This document shows positions 1 to 12,190 of a DNA stretch of 64,000 nucleotides, piece by piece; within the stretch, counting starts at the first letter, position 1; each line of letters begins with the position of its first letter. The translations under genes were made by a program, and so were the position numbers. This DNA is from Plasmodiophora brassicae. Lineage: Eukaryota. The DNA lies in NCBI GenBank assembly GCA_036867785.1, contig CP145411.1, positions 1,116,001 through 1,180,000 of the forward strand. The letters run 5' to 3'. The notes under the pieces were generated by a model. That model ran no database searches and was not told the origin of the DNA. It worked only from the letters and a program-made list of their open reading frames with translations.

Positions 1-74
1 GTACGACGACCGACACACGCCCGCCTGGCCGCATCGCCCCTGGCCGACACGTCTGCTCCTAGGTCGATCGCCAT
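1..74 (-). CDS. Possible 5' exon of a gene running off the window edge (MAIDLGADVSARGDAARRACV...)
   Basis: ATG at 74 on the minus strand, divergent from the SelK-like gene; too short to identify. Confidence 0.2.
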   Translation of the reverse strand, partial: MAIDLGADVSARGDAARRACVGRR

Positions 75-270
75 CTTCCCAGCGGTTACCGTATCGATCT
101 GGTGTTTCGCGGCAGCGCTGTACGCCGCCCGGGACTATGGCAGAAGAGCACATAACGAATAGAACTCTGCGCTGTAAGTGTAGGCATGTGTCGCCTGGCC
201 CTGCGCGTCGCGTTCGCAGTATTGTCCGTGAGCGTGACAGGCTGACGGGCAGAGCGGGCGCGTGGTGGCC

Positions 271-605
271 ATGTCGTACGTGCAAGGAGGTAGGGACAGG
301 ATGATACCCTGGCGGGTGCGGCCCAGCGAGAGACTGAGTCATGGGGCAAAGGGCGGGTTGTCGAGCGTCGCACGATGTCCGTTGGGGAGCGGGTCCAGGC
401 GGGATTCTGGGGCGTCGTCAACGGCGTCGGCCTCTTCTTCCGCACGCTGATCGATCCGGATGCGGTGCCGACGTCCGGGCCGGCTCCGTCCACTCCCGCA
501 GGCGGCCATGCAGGCGCATCGGCGGCGTACGGCGGCGGCTCTGGCCTGGGCAGACCGATCGGCCGTATCGTCAACCAAGGCGGCTCGTGCTCATCCTGCG
601 GATAG
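271..605 (+). CDS. SELENOK: Selenoprotein K-like ER membrane protein, Cys-containing form (2 exons; intron 290-351)
   Basis: Spliced product MSYVQGGRVVERR..FWGVVNGVGLFFRTLI..Gly/Pro-rich..RPIGRI..GGSCSSCG* follows the SelK pattern (MxYxxxG.V, FWG..LFFxTL, R.GRI, penultimate Sec/Cys). Confidence 0.75.
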
Positions 606-825
606 CCCGTATCGCGGGCGATGAACCAGCCCGAACATCGTGACAGTTCCCATCTGGTAAATACCCAGTCATACGCCGTGTGCGAATAGAGCTCTGGCGT
701 CAACCTTCGGTCGTAACGACTTGTCGGCGCAACGTCAGTTGTCGCCCATCGAACGTGTGTGTGCGGGTTCGCTCAAAGGTTAGCACAACACAGGCCCGTT
801 TGAGGCAGGGCTGCGCCCATCGTTG

Positions 826-1531
826 ATGAATCGATTGTTTGCGCGGGGCGGCGGCGTCATCGCGGCCGGGTGGCGCTTCCGGCACATGGCGGCGACGGCC
901 GACCTGTGCGACAAGTTCGGCGACAGCGTCAAGGTCGTCGACGCCGCGCTCGCGTTTCGCAGCTTTGGGCAACGGAAGGCGTTCGGCGGGCCCAGTATGG
1001 CGCGCGTCTCGAGCGCATTGCTGTTTGCGAAGGGTCGTTAATCGCTTGCAGTTGCCACTGTGAAGTGCTTCGAGGATAACTCGGTGGTGAAGGCGGCCGT
1101 TACGTCGCCCGGGGATGGCAAGGTTCTCGTCGTCGACGGGGGCGGGTCGTCGCGTCGAGCACTGCTCGGAGACGATCTCGCAATGAACGCGTCCAAGAAG
1201 TTCGTCTGCCCACCGATGAGCACAATCCGTCGTCTAACAATATTGATAGCGGTTGGGCAGGCATCGTCATCAACGGTTATCTTCGCGATTCCGACATCAT
1301 CCAAGGCATCGACATCGGCGTGAAAGCGCTTGGCACAGTGCCACGCAAGACCGAGAAGCGGAACATCGGCGAACGTGACGTTACCGTCGAATTTGGTAAG
1401 TTCCGATCATGGCGAGCCTGACAGGAACGTCAGCTTACCGCTGGATAGGTGGGGCAAGGTTTATTCCCGGCCATTTCGTTTACTGCGACCCCGATGGCAT
1501 CGTCGTCAGCGACAAGCAGTTGTCGCTGTGA
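826..1531 (+). CDS. rraA: RraA/MenG-like HMG aldolase (4 exons) with Arg-rich N-terminal extension, possibly a mitochondrial presequence
   Basis: Motifs [16 protein letters not shown], [17 protein letters not shown], [23 protein letters not shown]; three GT-AG introns restore the frame. Confidence 0.9.
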
Positions 1532-1676
1532 ACCGTAACCATCGTGAAGGAATAAACGGGGCGGCATTAGCAATGACGGAGCAAACGTTGACCACTTGCG
1601 ATACGGATAAGGTAGGTGTATTTCGTTGAAGACTTCGGAATGAACAGTTATTACGTGAATCCAAGCGCGCATCCCG

Positions 1677-4600
1677 TCATCTTGCCCGGCCAAGACGCCG
1701 AACCAACGATATCAGGATGTCCCATTTGTCTCCTCCCTCGAACCACATCCTTATCAGGTCATGTTCTAACCACACACCTATCAGAGCACGCACGAAAATC
1801 GACATGTGATACTTCGTACCTGGAGGACAGTCTTCTGGAGTCGGTATACCTTCAGCAGGCACTGTACACTGTGTCAAACATGTACTAACGCGAAAGAAGA
1901 GAACCTCGTACCTCTGTTGAAAGTTACCCCAGCTTGGCCGAAGGCCGGTAGATCGACATGGCGGGGCGCCTCCTCTACCCTGGCGAAGGAAAGCGACGGC
2001 ACACTGGACGCGCTTGAGTCGATCGGCCTTGCGGGCTCTCTGGCAGTTTCATTGTTGTTTGTGCCTGCCGCAGGGAAAGCAGGTGCCCAGATCTACCTCG
2101 GGTCAGCCACCAGCCATCGTACACTGCAACATCTGGCTACCTGTTCCATGGGTTCTTCTTCCACCATCGCTGCAACACTGTTGGACGTCTGCGTTTCTAT
2201 GTCTCGCATCCGTCGTTGGCACAGATCAAGCAAGTCAGCGTCTCTACAATCCGGATCAGAACCCGCACGGCGCTCATATGAGATTGTGAATTGTTCGCTA
2301 CCGGCCAAAGGAAAGTGCATATCGTTGCAATTGCTGCATCGATGCCGCTGGAAGAACCAGCCGTTGAAGCTCGGGAGCGCTCAAGCCGTCTACGGTTTCC
2401 AAAAGGTGTTAGGCGGAAGGCGAATCACGGAGCGACCGACTAACCGAGTAGAAGATCAACGTGGGCTTCAGAAGGGAACGACCCTTGGGACGACGCCTCC
2501 TCAAGGACGCTGAGAGCGTCCGAAAGCAATGGTCCCGATACACCACCATAAGACAGCAATTGCACCGTCGCGTCCAGCAAAGGAGCCATGGGCGCTGTTT
2601 CGACAGGGTTAGACATAGAACCAGTCACGTCGCCATGACGTACCCTGACGCGATTTGCGAGAATCGAACGCAGCCTGGAAGGCCCGATGGATCATTTGAG
2701 ACCCAGAGACATCGTTAGAAACCGCACAGCCCACGTGGTAGCGACGCAGAACATGCTCGTGGATCAACGAGACAAGATCATCTGGACCATTATCTCCAGC
2801 TCCAAACGTCTCAATAAGAAAACCGAGATAATGGATCAGCGCGACGACGTCGGTCTCGACAGCAACGGCCAGGCGAATCGCTTGACCGTCGTCACGTCTG
2901 GCGCATGCTTCACGCAAGAAACCGAAACGGTGAGGGGGGTCTGAGCAGATAATTCAGTCTTACAACGTTGTGCAGACAGGGCAGGCGTACAGGCAATGTC
3001 AAGAGCTGTGCGTGCTGCTTCTCGCCGCTGAGAATCGTCATGCGAAAGTTCGGAAAGGAACGTCTTCGGTATAGCGTCAGAATCCTGGCACGTCTGAGCA
3101 ATGCTTGACTTGATACTGGGAGGCGCAGACACCCCCATCTACGACGATGGGTCACAACGGATACAGTCGCGCTAACACCGACCCACAAACATGGAGAAGA
3201 ATTCGTGCTAAGATCAGAGCCGGAACCGCCGACACGCGGTCATCTGAGGCGAGGCACTTGCGAACGAACCAGCCGCATAGCTCAGCAGGCGACTGTAACT
3301 TGCTAATCGCTTGTGCGAGAACATATTGAGCATCACCATGGACAATCTAGGATAGAAGAGGCATCAGGGCATTGCGAGGCAGTTCGATAGCATAAGGACC
3401 TTTTCAGAAAGGTCAAACGATGCGCAGTACTGCTGGACGGTCGAAAGCGCCCAATGAGGTGGTCGGACATCCGCGTCGATGTTGTCGCATCGCAGTCTGA
3501 CAAAGTCACTGCGGGGACTAGCAGGTTCGACGATAAGAAGGCCGTCCCACTTGTCGGTTAGCACCGCATCAATGAGCCGACGGACGCTTCTCAGGCGCTG
3601 ATATGCCAACTTGCCAATCGTCGGAGGGTGCAGTGCAGAGAGCAGGACGAGAAGAATGACTGCGTTCCAGTAGACATCACCGCTGACAAGAGCGACCTCG
3701 CCAGTCACCTCGCCCGCAAGGCAGAGTTGCATGATGGCTTCCGGGATTGTACGAGTCAGCGATGGGTTTGAGGGTTCTAACGAAGAACCACAGCGTAACG
3801 AGCGACGCGCAAGGCATTGCATAACCAGCATGGCATCAAGTGCTGAGCACGCACTGATTTAGAAACGTCCCTACCGATGAGCAACAGACTTACCGGTTAT
3901 TCGCCGAGAGATCAAGGCCATGGCGAGAATCTGTTCAAGCAGGCCCAGAGCCAGCGGAATCGCAGACGTCATGTCACGATCGTTTGGGGACTCCATCGCA
4001 AGAACAATGAGGAGAGTGGATAGGGCCACGTTGGACGCATCTGCCTGTGACGAAGAAATAAGCTGTCACGAGACACAGCGATTAGACAAAGCATCGAAGT
4101 AAATCCCTCGGTACTAACGTCTTTTATCACGCGGCCATTGACCCACGTCGCTGCCAGCAATTCGTATTCAGCAGCATGAGAAGGCCCTGCCGCGTGACCA
4201 ATCAGCGCAGAAAGCGATACAGCCGCGCCGCTTGCCACCTGGGATAGTGTCGTCAACCCAGTTCTGCAGGCAAATGCAACGCATGGTCAGCGTTATAGGC
4301 AGATTTCACATGGCGAACCTACAATAATTGAATTGGAAACTCTGGAACTCGCAGATAAGGTTCGTCAAGAGTCGGGTTCGTAACTGCCCAGCACAATAGG
4401 ACGCCAAGCTTGGATCTAAGACGGCCATCTTGTTCAAGGAACTGGAGGACAACCTAACAGCGGCTATTTAGAATCTACCCAGCGACGTTACCGAAACAGC
4501 CATACCTTCGATAGTTCGTGATGAGACTTCGATATAGCCTTAAACACGGCACTGAAGGTGTGCGGATGCGATCCGGGGGATATCTCGCTTTGGAAAACGA

Positions 4601-5897
4601 GGAAATGCAAAGCAGCCTGCCACCATTTCCCGGTGCTTAGCATTGAAGACAGACCGGGAACAGGAATTCGCAGAGACAGTATTCGAGCGAACAACGTCAT
4701 GTCCGCCAGTGACTTGCACCAATCGCACAACGATTGCAACAGCTCAACGATGGGTTCGTGTGCAGCGTTCTGCGAATCCACGTTAGCTCAACACGAAGAA
4801 CGTTTGCCCCTGGATACTACAGTTTCGTTCGGGAACGACGACAAACTTTCGAGCATTCGCAACGCGTTCTCCCGACAGTGTCGCAACCCGACGGTTCGCT
4901 TGAGCAAGAGGACTGACGGCCGATCCAGAATGTTCGTCAAGCGGCGCGCCAAGTATAAACCAACCTAAGTTAACAGTAAACACAAGTTAGCAATCGAGAG
5001 CGTATACATCCAACCTCGTGTTGAATCGACTGCGAGCCACCTTGCTGTTGCTCATGTCAGTCAAAGGTCGCGAAAAGCCAGCTCAAGTTCAGAAACCTCT
5101 TTGGCGACGGATCCGCTCTCTTCCAGCATTTCTTCTTCCTCATAGTCGCTGTCTGTGCGTCTGCGCTGTGGCGCGATCTCTGGGGTCGGAGGGGATACGA
5201 CCTTGTTTAATTCAACAACTGCGTTTGCAATCAGTTCATCAGCCGCAGGAGCGACAGGACTCGTTGAACTACCCAGCTGGCTGCAGCTGTCAGCATCAAC
5301 CCACGTCTTTGCATCATCCTCAGCTAGTAGCGTCTCAATGTAAAACTGGAAGACCTGAAAGGGCAGGGTCGGAAACAACTGCACAAGCGTCAGCGAGAGC
5401 AACGCCCATGCTAAACGGCATATGACCTGTAGGAGAAGGGCGGTTCCGAGTCTGAGCAGCCCAGTCCGTTGTGGATCGAGCAGCAGCTGTAGCAACTGGA
5501 CAACTGTAGAAGGATTCTGAAACGACTGAGGACTTGTCCGGGCGAGTAGGGCAATGGCAATGTACAGATCGAGCCTTGGCGATGCGTCCCACTCGTGGCG
5601 CAGTCCACTGAGCATTTCCGCTGTTGCCAACGTTTTAGGGCCATGGCGCAGCACAGGACGGAACCGCAATATACTTATGACATTCGAAGCAGTGCTGGCG
5701 TCTTTCGCTTGTCGCGCACGGTTAACGAATTCTTCACCAGAAAGCGCTGCTCGACTGGACGGTAGGCGTTGCAGGCATGAGGTGTGCTGCGCTGCCGGTG
5801 CTACATTACTCGGCTGAACAGGAGGCCGTGGTGGCGGCGGGACCGCCTTTGGCAGTTCAGCGGAAACAGGTCGTTGTCGTTTGACACCTGTACGCAT
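1677..5897 (-). CDS. INTS1: Large multi-exon helical-repeat protein, Integrator complex subunit 1-like (3' end approximate)
   Basis: N-terminal YIETLLAEDDAKTWVDADSC resembles INTS1 YIEDSLGERIWVDSPHC; FQSEISPGSHPHTFSAVF resembles FNELSSARNPNNMQVLY; many Leu-rich minus-strand exons. Confidence 0.55.
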
Positions 5898-6455
5898 TCG
5901 TTAACACGCGCGCGTACTAACCGGCAGAGACGTCCACGTTCTTACGAGGTGGAAGAATATCCGCCTCGGTGGATCGTTTGAAGGACATGACCGGGCGCGG
6001 CCGCCGTGCGCTCCTCGTCCAAAAATATTCGCGTCCGGGGCGGGCGCCAAAACGGGACGTGCCCCCCTGCCGGGGCAAACGCGCGACACGCTGCCCAGAC
6101 GGCGGTTTGGTCGAATGAACCCGAGCGGGGGTCGCTCCCCGCACAAAACGCCCTCCCACGGCGATTGTCGTTGCGTCGCTAGTCGCTACGCTCCCAAAAT
6201 GAAAAAACAGGTTCGATCCAGTTTCACAATCGGAGCAGACCAACGTTACGGCCCGCGCCGCGGACCGCGTGTCGTCTGCCGCAAACCGCGGCGAACGCGC
6301 GGTCAGCCGGGCTGAATCGGATGGCGACGAGTTTCCGAAATAAAAGGGGATGCATGGCATTGACTGTATACGTATCGGTATGTCGAACAGGGGAGAGATA
6401 CAGAGGCACGAAGTGGGTCGTACCCCGTACGATCGTTCGTGGGACGTGTAGCGCC

Positions 6456-9328
6456 ATGAGCGACGTCGATGACGACAACGTGCTGGCCGAGGATCTTGAC
6501 CTTGAGACCGCGCGCGACGCTCTGCGACGGCACATCTGGGAGTCGTACTGGAGTGACACGTTCGCCCGGCCCGAGTTCAATGCGGGGAGCGACGCGCCTC
6601 AAGATCGCATTAAGCGGTTCTCGGTGAAGCCGAAGGAGAACAATGCGGCGGCGGCGGCGGCGGCCGCGAGCACGTCGGAATCGAACAGCGCTTCAGAATA
6701 CGATTGGAGGCACCAAGCGTTCCCGCCGCTGGCGCCCGAATTTAATGGATCCATCGGCGACCGCCACCAGGAGACGATCATCGTCTTCAACTCGCTGGGG
6801 CCCGCCCTGTTCAAGCGCGTCGTTGAGACCAGCAGGACTCGTGAGGTCGCCGACCTGTTCACCCGAGTCGCCCAGCTCGAAGGTATAGGCACAAAGTTTG
6901 CCCATGGGACGCCACCTGACTCCATTCTTGAAGGCGTCGACGTGTTCTGGTCTGGGCATGTCAGTGTGAAATCGGACAACGACGACGACGTTATGATCGC
7001 CAAGCCGTCGTCGTCAAAGACCAAATTCGGTTCGTTGCGCGTGTGCCGATTCCCGTTCGCGGCCGAGTTCTCCTTCGATGACACCACCGAGGTGACGATG
7101 TTCTCGTTGGCTCGCAGCTTGGAGGATGAGAGCTTGGAGCTGCTTCTGGCCGACCTTCAGCAACTGGTTGACGAGAACGTCTCTGAAACAGTGCGGTCGT
7201 GTTCTACTAGCTCGCTGGGCGACGCTGACATGAGCTCGACCTCAGGTCCAGAATCTGCGAAGGACTCGCCAGGCCTTGCGATGTTTAGCATCTGCCGGCG
7301 GCCACATTGAGGTGATCGTGTCGAAGACGTTCGGGTCGGGCTCCATTCGAGGGCAGGTGAAAATTCTCACGAAGCCTGTTGATGAATCGTCGGCACCGCC
7401 TGCGTCTGGCGTCGATTTACGTCCTGGATTTAATGTCGCCCTTATCTCGACAAAGCTCGTCTCGACGACAGGCCTTGCCTGCAAATGCCTATTCCCGAAA
7501 GGCGACGTTCTCTTGATGGATTTGCTCTCGTCAGACAAATCGAAACCGCTGGATTTAGAATGTCAAGTCGTTTGCAGCATCGTGGACGCCATTCCTGAAG
7601 CGCGTTTGTCGCAATTCCTCTCCCGATACGCGGGATTCAGGGCCAAACTCAATACGGACGCGATTGCTCGAGAAGCCACGCTCCCTCTCACCTTCTATGT
7701 GAGTGACGGGACTCGATCCCTGCTCTTCGTCTGCGTTGGTCTGACATGATCTTGGTTGCAGATTGACATTTATGCCGATGACAAGATCGACCTCGATGCA
7801 CTGATTGTGAGGCTTGAAGAGCGGTATCCAAAGGTTCACAGCAAGCTCATCGGGAACGGTGTTGACCAAGCTCTACTCGAATGCCGGATCGCGTATGTTC
7901 GCATTTGTGCGCCTGGGAAGACGACCCTGAAACGAAAAGTGCAGGCTGAACTACCTGGAGCGTTGCTCTCGCCCGGAACTCTTCTGGTTCCTTTTCTGGA
8001 TAGATTGTGCCGAGCAGTACCCCGACCGTATTCCCGATACTATCGTTATCGACGCGTGCAACATTGATTCCATCGTCTACAAGCACTGGATGGCGAAGAG
8101 CCTCGCCGATTTGCAAGAGTTCGGCTTTGATAAGCGCACCGTCGAGAATGACAACCTATTCGTGACGTTCTGGGCCCGTCTTGAGGACGTCCGGTCGAAA
8201 GCGTATTACAAGAACTCGAACGGGTTGCAAGAGTCGGTTGCAACTGTGAGAATGGTAACGGTAGGCACTGTCCACATTCTCTGCCCGTTGCTGAATCAGT
8301 TCGTGCTTCAGGAATGCGCCCGACTCGGATATGATCCCGATCGCGTCTCATCGAATGGAACGCAGCAAACCTGCCTAACTGGCATCGCAGAATCGGTCCA
8401 CGCGCCCCCTGCACGGGCACCGGCAGAGCCTTTAGCTTCAGAGATAACGATCTCTGAACCTGAAGGGAATCCGCAGGAAGATCTCAGTCCTGCGACGAGT
8501 TCTCCTGCTGCACCTGCGGCGTCGGTCTTGTCTCCGCTTATGCCTCCTACCATCCCTCCGCCGATGATGCGCGCCGTCTCTGTGCCGGTACCTCCCAGCG
8601 GGGAATCCGATGACAATCTGGACGATATCGGTATAGTCGAGAACAAGAATGCCAGTGTTTCCGATAAGAACGACAGCGAAGATGAACCCGGTGCTGCTGG
8701 ACTGGACAAATCCGAGAAGAAGCAATTCGGAGGCAGAGTTACCTCCGCTTCCTTGCCTGTGTACGATACCGACAACGATGATCACAAGATGAAGGTGACA
8801 ATTGACCGCATGCTAAAGTTTGTGAATGTCGTCGGGGGCGTTCCAGTAAGTCCCACATCTGGGTTTCCAAACGAGTGCTGCAACCTAATCGGTCCGCTGT
8901 GGCAGAACCGTTCACTGGCCGGTATAGCGGAAGATGAAGACGGTGACGATCCTGGCATTGGTCGTGGAAAGGGTGAGACCTCGGACCCTCCCAGCTCAGA
9001 CTGGTCCGATAAGGAAGAAACCGAAGAATCATCAGAATCCGATCCAGGCATCACGAGAGAAGCCAGCGACGCCGACAGCATGTCGCTACAACAGAAGGGG
9101 AGTCTGCTTACAATATGCATCCCCGAGGAAACATCGGGTCACGTTACTCGGATTCGATCAACGAAACGCGGACGGCTGGTACCACCAAGCCCCGTTGCTC
9201 GCGTCCATCAGCTCGATACAATGCGGGCCTTACAAAAGAAGTCGTTGCTCATGACAATAATGGGCAGGCTGGTCCCTGAATGTGGTCCTGGGCGCCCTCG
9301 CTCACCCCGCCATAACGTTATTATCTAA
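6456..9328 (+). CDS. Hypothetical multi-exon protein with acidic low-complexity C-terminus
   Basis: Consecutive long + strand ORFs joined by GT-AG introns; aromatic blocks HIWESYW, FPFAAEFSFDD, FWFLFWID; no family recognised. Confidence 0.7.
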
Positions 9329-9410
9329 ATCCTCATGATATCACTGTCTAGTGCTCCGATAGTGCATTGAGACAGAACCAATGCGACGATGGACTTGTTC
9401 ACGAACGCTT

Positions 9411-10895
9411 TTATATACGATGCTTCGCAGCGGCTCTCTTCTTTCGATTGTGGTTTGCAAATCTAGCTTTATGCTTGTCCTTGAACGCACGATTGCGACC
9501 GTCGTCGTTCGAGCGGGTGGAACCCTGCCCATGGCTGTCCTGTTTGGAATCGTTAGCGTCACCGTCAATATCGGCCTCTTCGTCGACATCGCCTTCGCCG
9601 ATGTCGAACCTCTCGTACGCATCGAAAGTATCGTCGGGTTCATCGTCATAACCGCATTCGATCGCAGCAGACACGCGTTCCCGCAATACACTCGCCTCCA
9701 TGATCCCAGGAACGAGAACATCATCCTCGCCCCGGATGCGATCCTCTTCAGCAGCTCTTGCTTCGTCGATGGTTACACGCCCAGACAGCGCCATGAACCT
9801 CGCAATCTCTTCATCTACATTCTTGGGAGCAGCTGGCTCCTGCACTGACTTCGTGTTCGTTTTCGACGTGCCCGCAGCCTTTTCAGCACGATCGCGATCC
9901 GGATCACGCCACGCTGATGTGTTCTTGACGTTTGCCAGACGCTTCGGAAGGCGCCGCTCTAGAATTGCGGTTACCGTTTCCCCATAACTGAAACGGAACG
10001 CAGCCAGGCAAGCGCGAGCGTAATCCTCGCTGAAGTCGGGAAACACTTCCCGCAGCTGAGCAACAGGATCATCTTGCCCGACGACAGCAACGCCCGTTTC
10101 AGATGGTGCTTGCACGGGGTCGCCGACTGACTGCGCGTCCAGCAGGTCAAGCAGATACTGTACGCGATCATGGTCCAGCGGACAGCCTTGGTCCTCCATC
10201 ATGTCACGAAGTGTCTGCACGATGGCACTGTGGGCCACAACATGTCGAGCCAGTCCGCCAGGCGTTGACCCCGCCTGTGCAATCGACTCGACAAATGCTG
10301 CGAACAGGTCAGCAATATCATCCCCTTTCCCCTTCTGAAACGCCCGGAGGAACGCTCCCGACACGATTGTACAAGTCAGGTCAACGATGGCGCCCCGAAG
10401 CAATGGATCACCATCCTTTGGGACGACATCATCGAATACGATCGCGAGAGGTTCGACAATCATTAGATCCCGGCATACGGGCAGAGCCGCGTCTGGCGCG
10501 AGAGCGATTATCCCACGAAGCGCGGTGACGATGCTGGATATGCTTGCGATTGACGTTGCCGTCGACAGCGCGGCTCGCATCGATTTGACAGCCGGCACGA
10601 GACCCTCCGACGTCGACCTGGCGATCATAGCGCCGACCAACGCCAGAATATCATTGGCAATATCAGTCGTGAACGATTGCAGCGCCGATGCCGGCGGCGA
10701 TACCGGGTGGAACGACAAGGCCGGGGCCAGCACCGGCAGGAACTTGGACGGCAGCATCGACCCCGACATCCAGACGCGGTCCAGGTCTGCCCGAATCGCG
10801 GCCAGCGCCGTGAACGACGACATCACATCGCGACGGCTGGGAGACTGGGCCGCCAGCGTTGCGAACGCCGCATCCGCGCTCACCGTCGCAGGCAT
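9411..10895 (-). CDS. ASCC2: ASCC2/Cue3-like CUE-domain protein (ribosome quality control trigger / ASC-1 complex), intronless
   Basis: CUE domain (VAQLREVFPDFSEDYARACL..ILE..LP), YDDEPDDTFD motif, C-terminal K..HKARFANHNRKKRA..K. Confidence 0.85.
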   Translation of the reverse strand: MPATVSADAAFATLAAQSPSRRDVMSSFTALAAIRADLDRVWMSGSMLPSKFLPVLAPALSFHPVSPPASALQSFTTDIANDILALVGAMIARSTSEGLVPAVKSMRAALSTATSIASISSIVTALRGIIALAPDAALPVCRDLMIVEPLAIVFDDVVPKDGDPLLRGAIVDLTCTIVSGAFLRAFQKGKGDDIADLFAAFVESIAQAGSTPGGLARHVVAHSAIVQTLRDMMEDQGCPLDHDRVQYLLDLLDAQSVGDPVQAPSETGVAVVGQDDPVAQLREVFPDFSEDYARACLAAFRFSYGETVTAILERRLPKRLANVKNTSAWRDPDRDRAEKAAGTSKTNTKSVQEPAAPKNVDEEIARFMALSGRVTIDEARAAEEDRIRGEDDVLVPGIMEASVLRERVSAAIECGYDDEPDDTFDAYERFDIGEGDVDEEADIDGDANDSKQDSHGQGSTRSNDDGRNRAFKDKHKARFANHNRKKRAAAKHRI

Positions 10896-11192
10896 GACGC
10901 AAAACGCCGAATGCAGTTCGGCGGTTTCACTTTCAGTCGTTGCGAGTTGCGATGAACTCGTTTCGCCAACTATCTTTTACTCATGGGCAGTGGCCCAGTT
11001 TTTGGGAGCACCAGACTCACCAGGTACAACGGTACGTAGGCACAACCTATCGGAGCACAAGAGGACGGCCTGGGGCACCACTCAATAGAGAGAGAGAGAC
11101 AACGTGTATGACGGATAGTGGTTGGTACGAACCCGGTGTCCTACTCGGGGTCAATTGCACGCATTGGCGAAGATGCCATGTGTATGTATAAC

Positions 11193-12080
11193 TTAGTCGA
11201 CGTATTCAAGTTCGGAGCGCATGCCAACGGCCTTCATGACTTCGGTGACATCGCAGCCGGGGACGTTGGAGGAAAGATACGAGAACACCTCGTTCACATT
11301 GTCTACAGGGGGCACATGTTATTTGACTACGATCAGTCGCGATCCGGTATACATACCGGTCCAGCGATTGACCGCGTCACGAGATTCGGCCACCAGATTC
11401 GCTGATGCCACGGTTAAGCAACAGGACTGATGTGTACAGCGCATATGACTTACTCATTTTCTGAATCTTTTCAGGGTTACGCACATCCAAAGCGTTCAGT
11501 CGTTCGTCACATTCAGCGATGGCTTGTTGCAGAGCGGATAGCTGTCCCTCGATTGGCTTGCGTTCATCCTGGACTGCAAGTGAGTATTATCAAAACATTA
11601 CCGGCAGCAAGGCAATACCGAGTCTTCCCGACCGATTTCCAAATCGGCAATGGTCTTGGCATTGCTCTCTGATTCGGATAGCAGCTGCTCAATCTCCTTT
11701 CCCATCGCTTCGATCTTAACACGCCTGCTATTCAAAGCTTTCGACGGCAGCGCCCAGAAGAAATTCCCAGATCCGATCTTGTCCGTATCGATGACACCTT
11801 TGCAGAGTCAACCCTCGGAAATTCCCGGAACGGAATGCCGCGTACCGTCGTCAACGAGACTCTGAAGGATGTCTTTCACCGACTGTGCAACTAGGTAGAT
11901 TCATATGGATTCAGAAATCACATTGTGATGCAATGGCACAGGTCACCTACCAATCCCTTTGACTTTCGGCAGCTGTTTCTCCAGCTCCTTGAGGACCATG
12001 ACCTCCTTCTTCTCGTAGAAGAACTCACACATGCGCTTGCGCTTCTCGTCATGCGACAGTCCCTTCTTCTTGGAACTCAT
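11193..12080 (-). CDS. MND1: Meiotic recombination protein MND1 (multi-exon; missed by the ORF track)
   Basis: Spliced N-terminus [80 protein letters not shown] near the C-terminus; ends SELEYVD*. Confidence 0.93.
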
Positions 12081-12190
12081 GACGGCGGCGACGTGCGGAA
12101 ACGAATACTCCTATCGAACGGTGCCGCGCAGTCCGCTGCTGCAGTCGCCAGTGACGTTGGCGCTACCGAGGTGCGCCCAGAACCACACGC

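Noticed and set aside
1200-1249. Apparent non-canonical splice donors
   Set aside because: The introns I checked all resolve as GT-AG, with relaxed donors such as gttcg, gtgcg and gtacg.
10985-11010. Sm-like AGTTTTTGG suggesting an snRNA
   Set aside because: No other U snRNA signature nearby.
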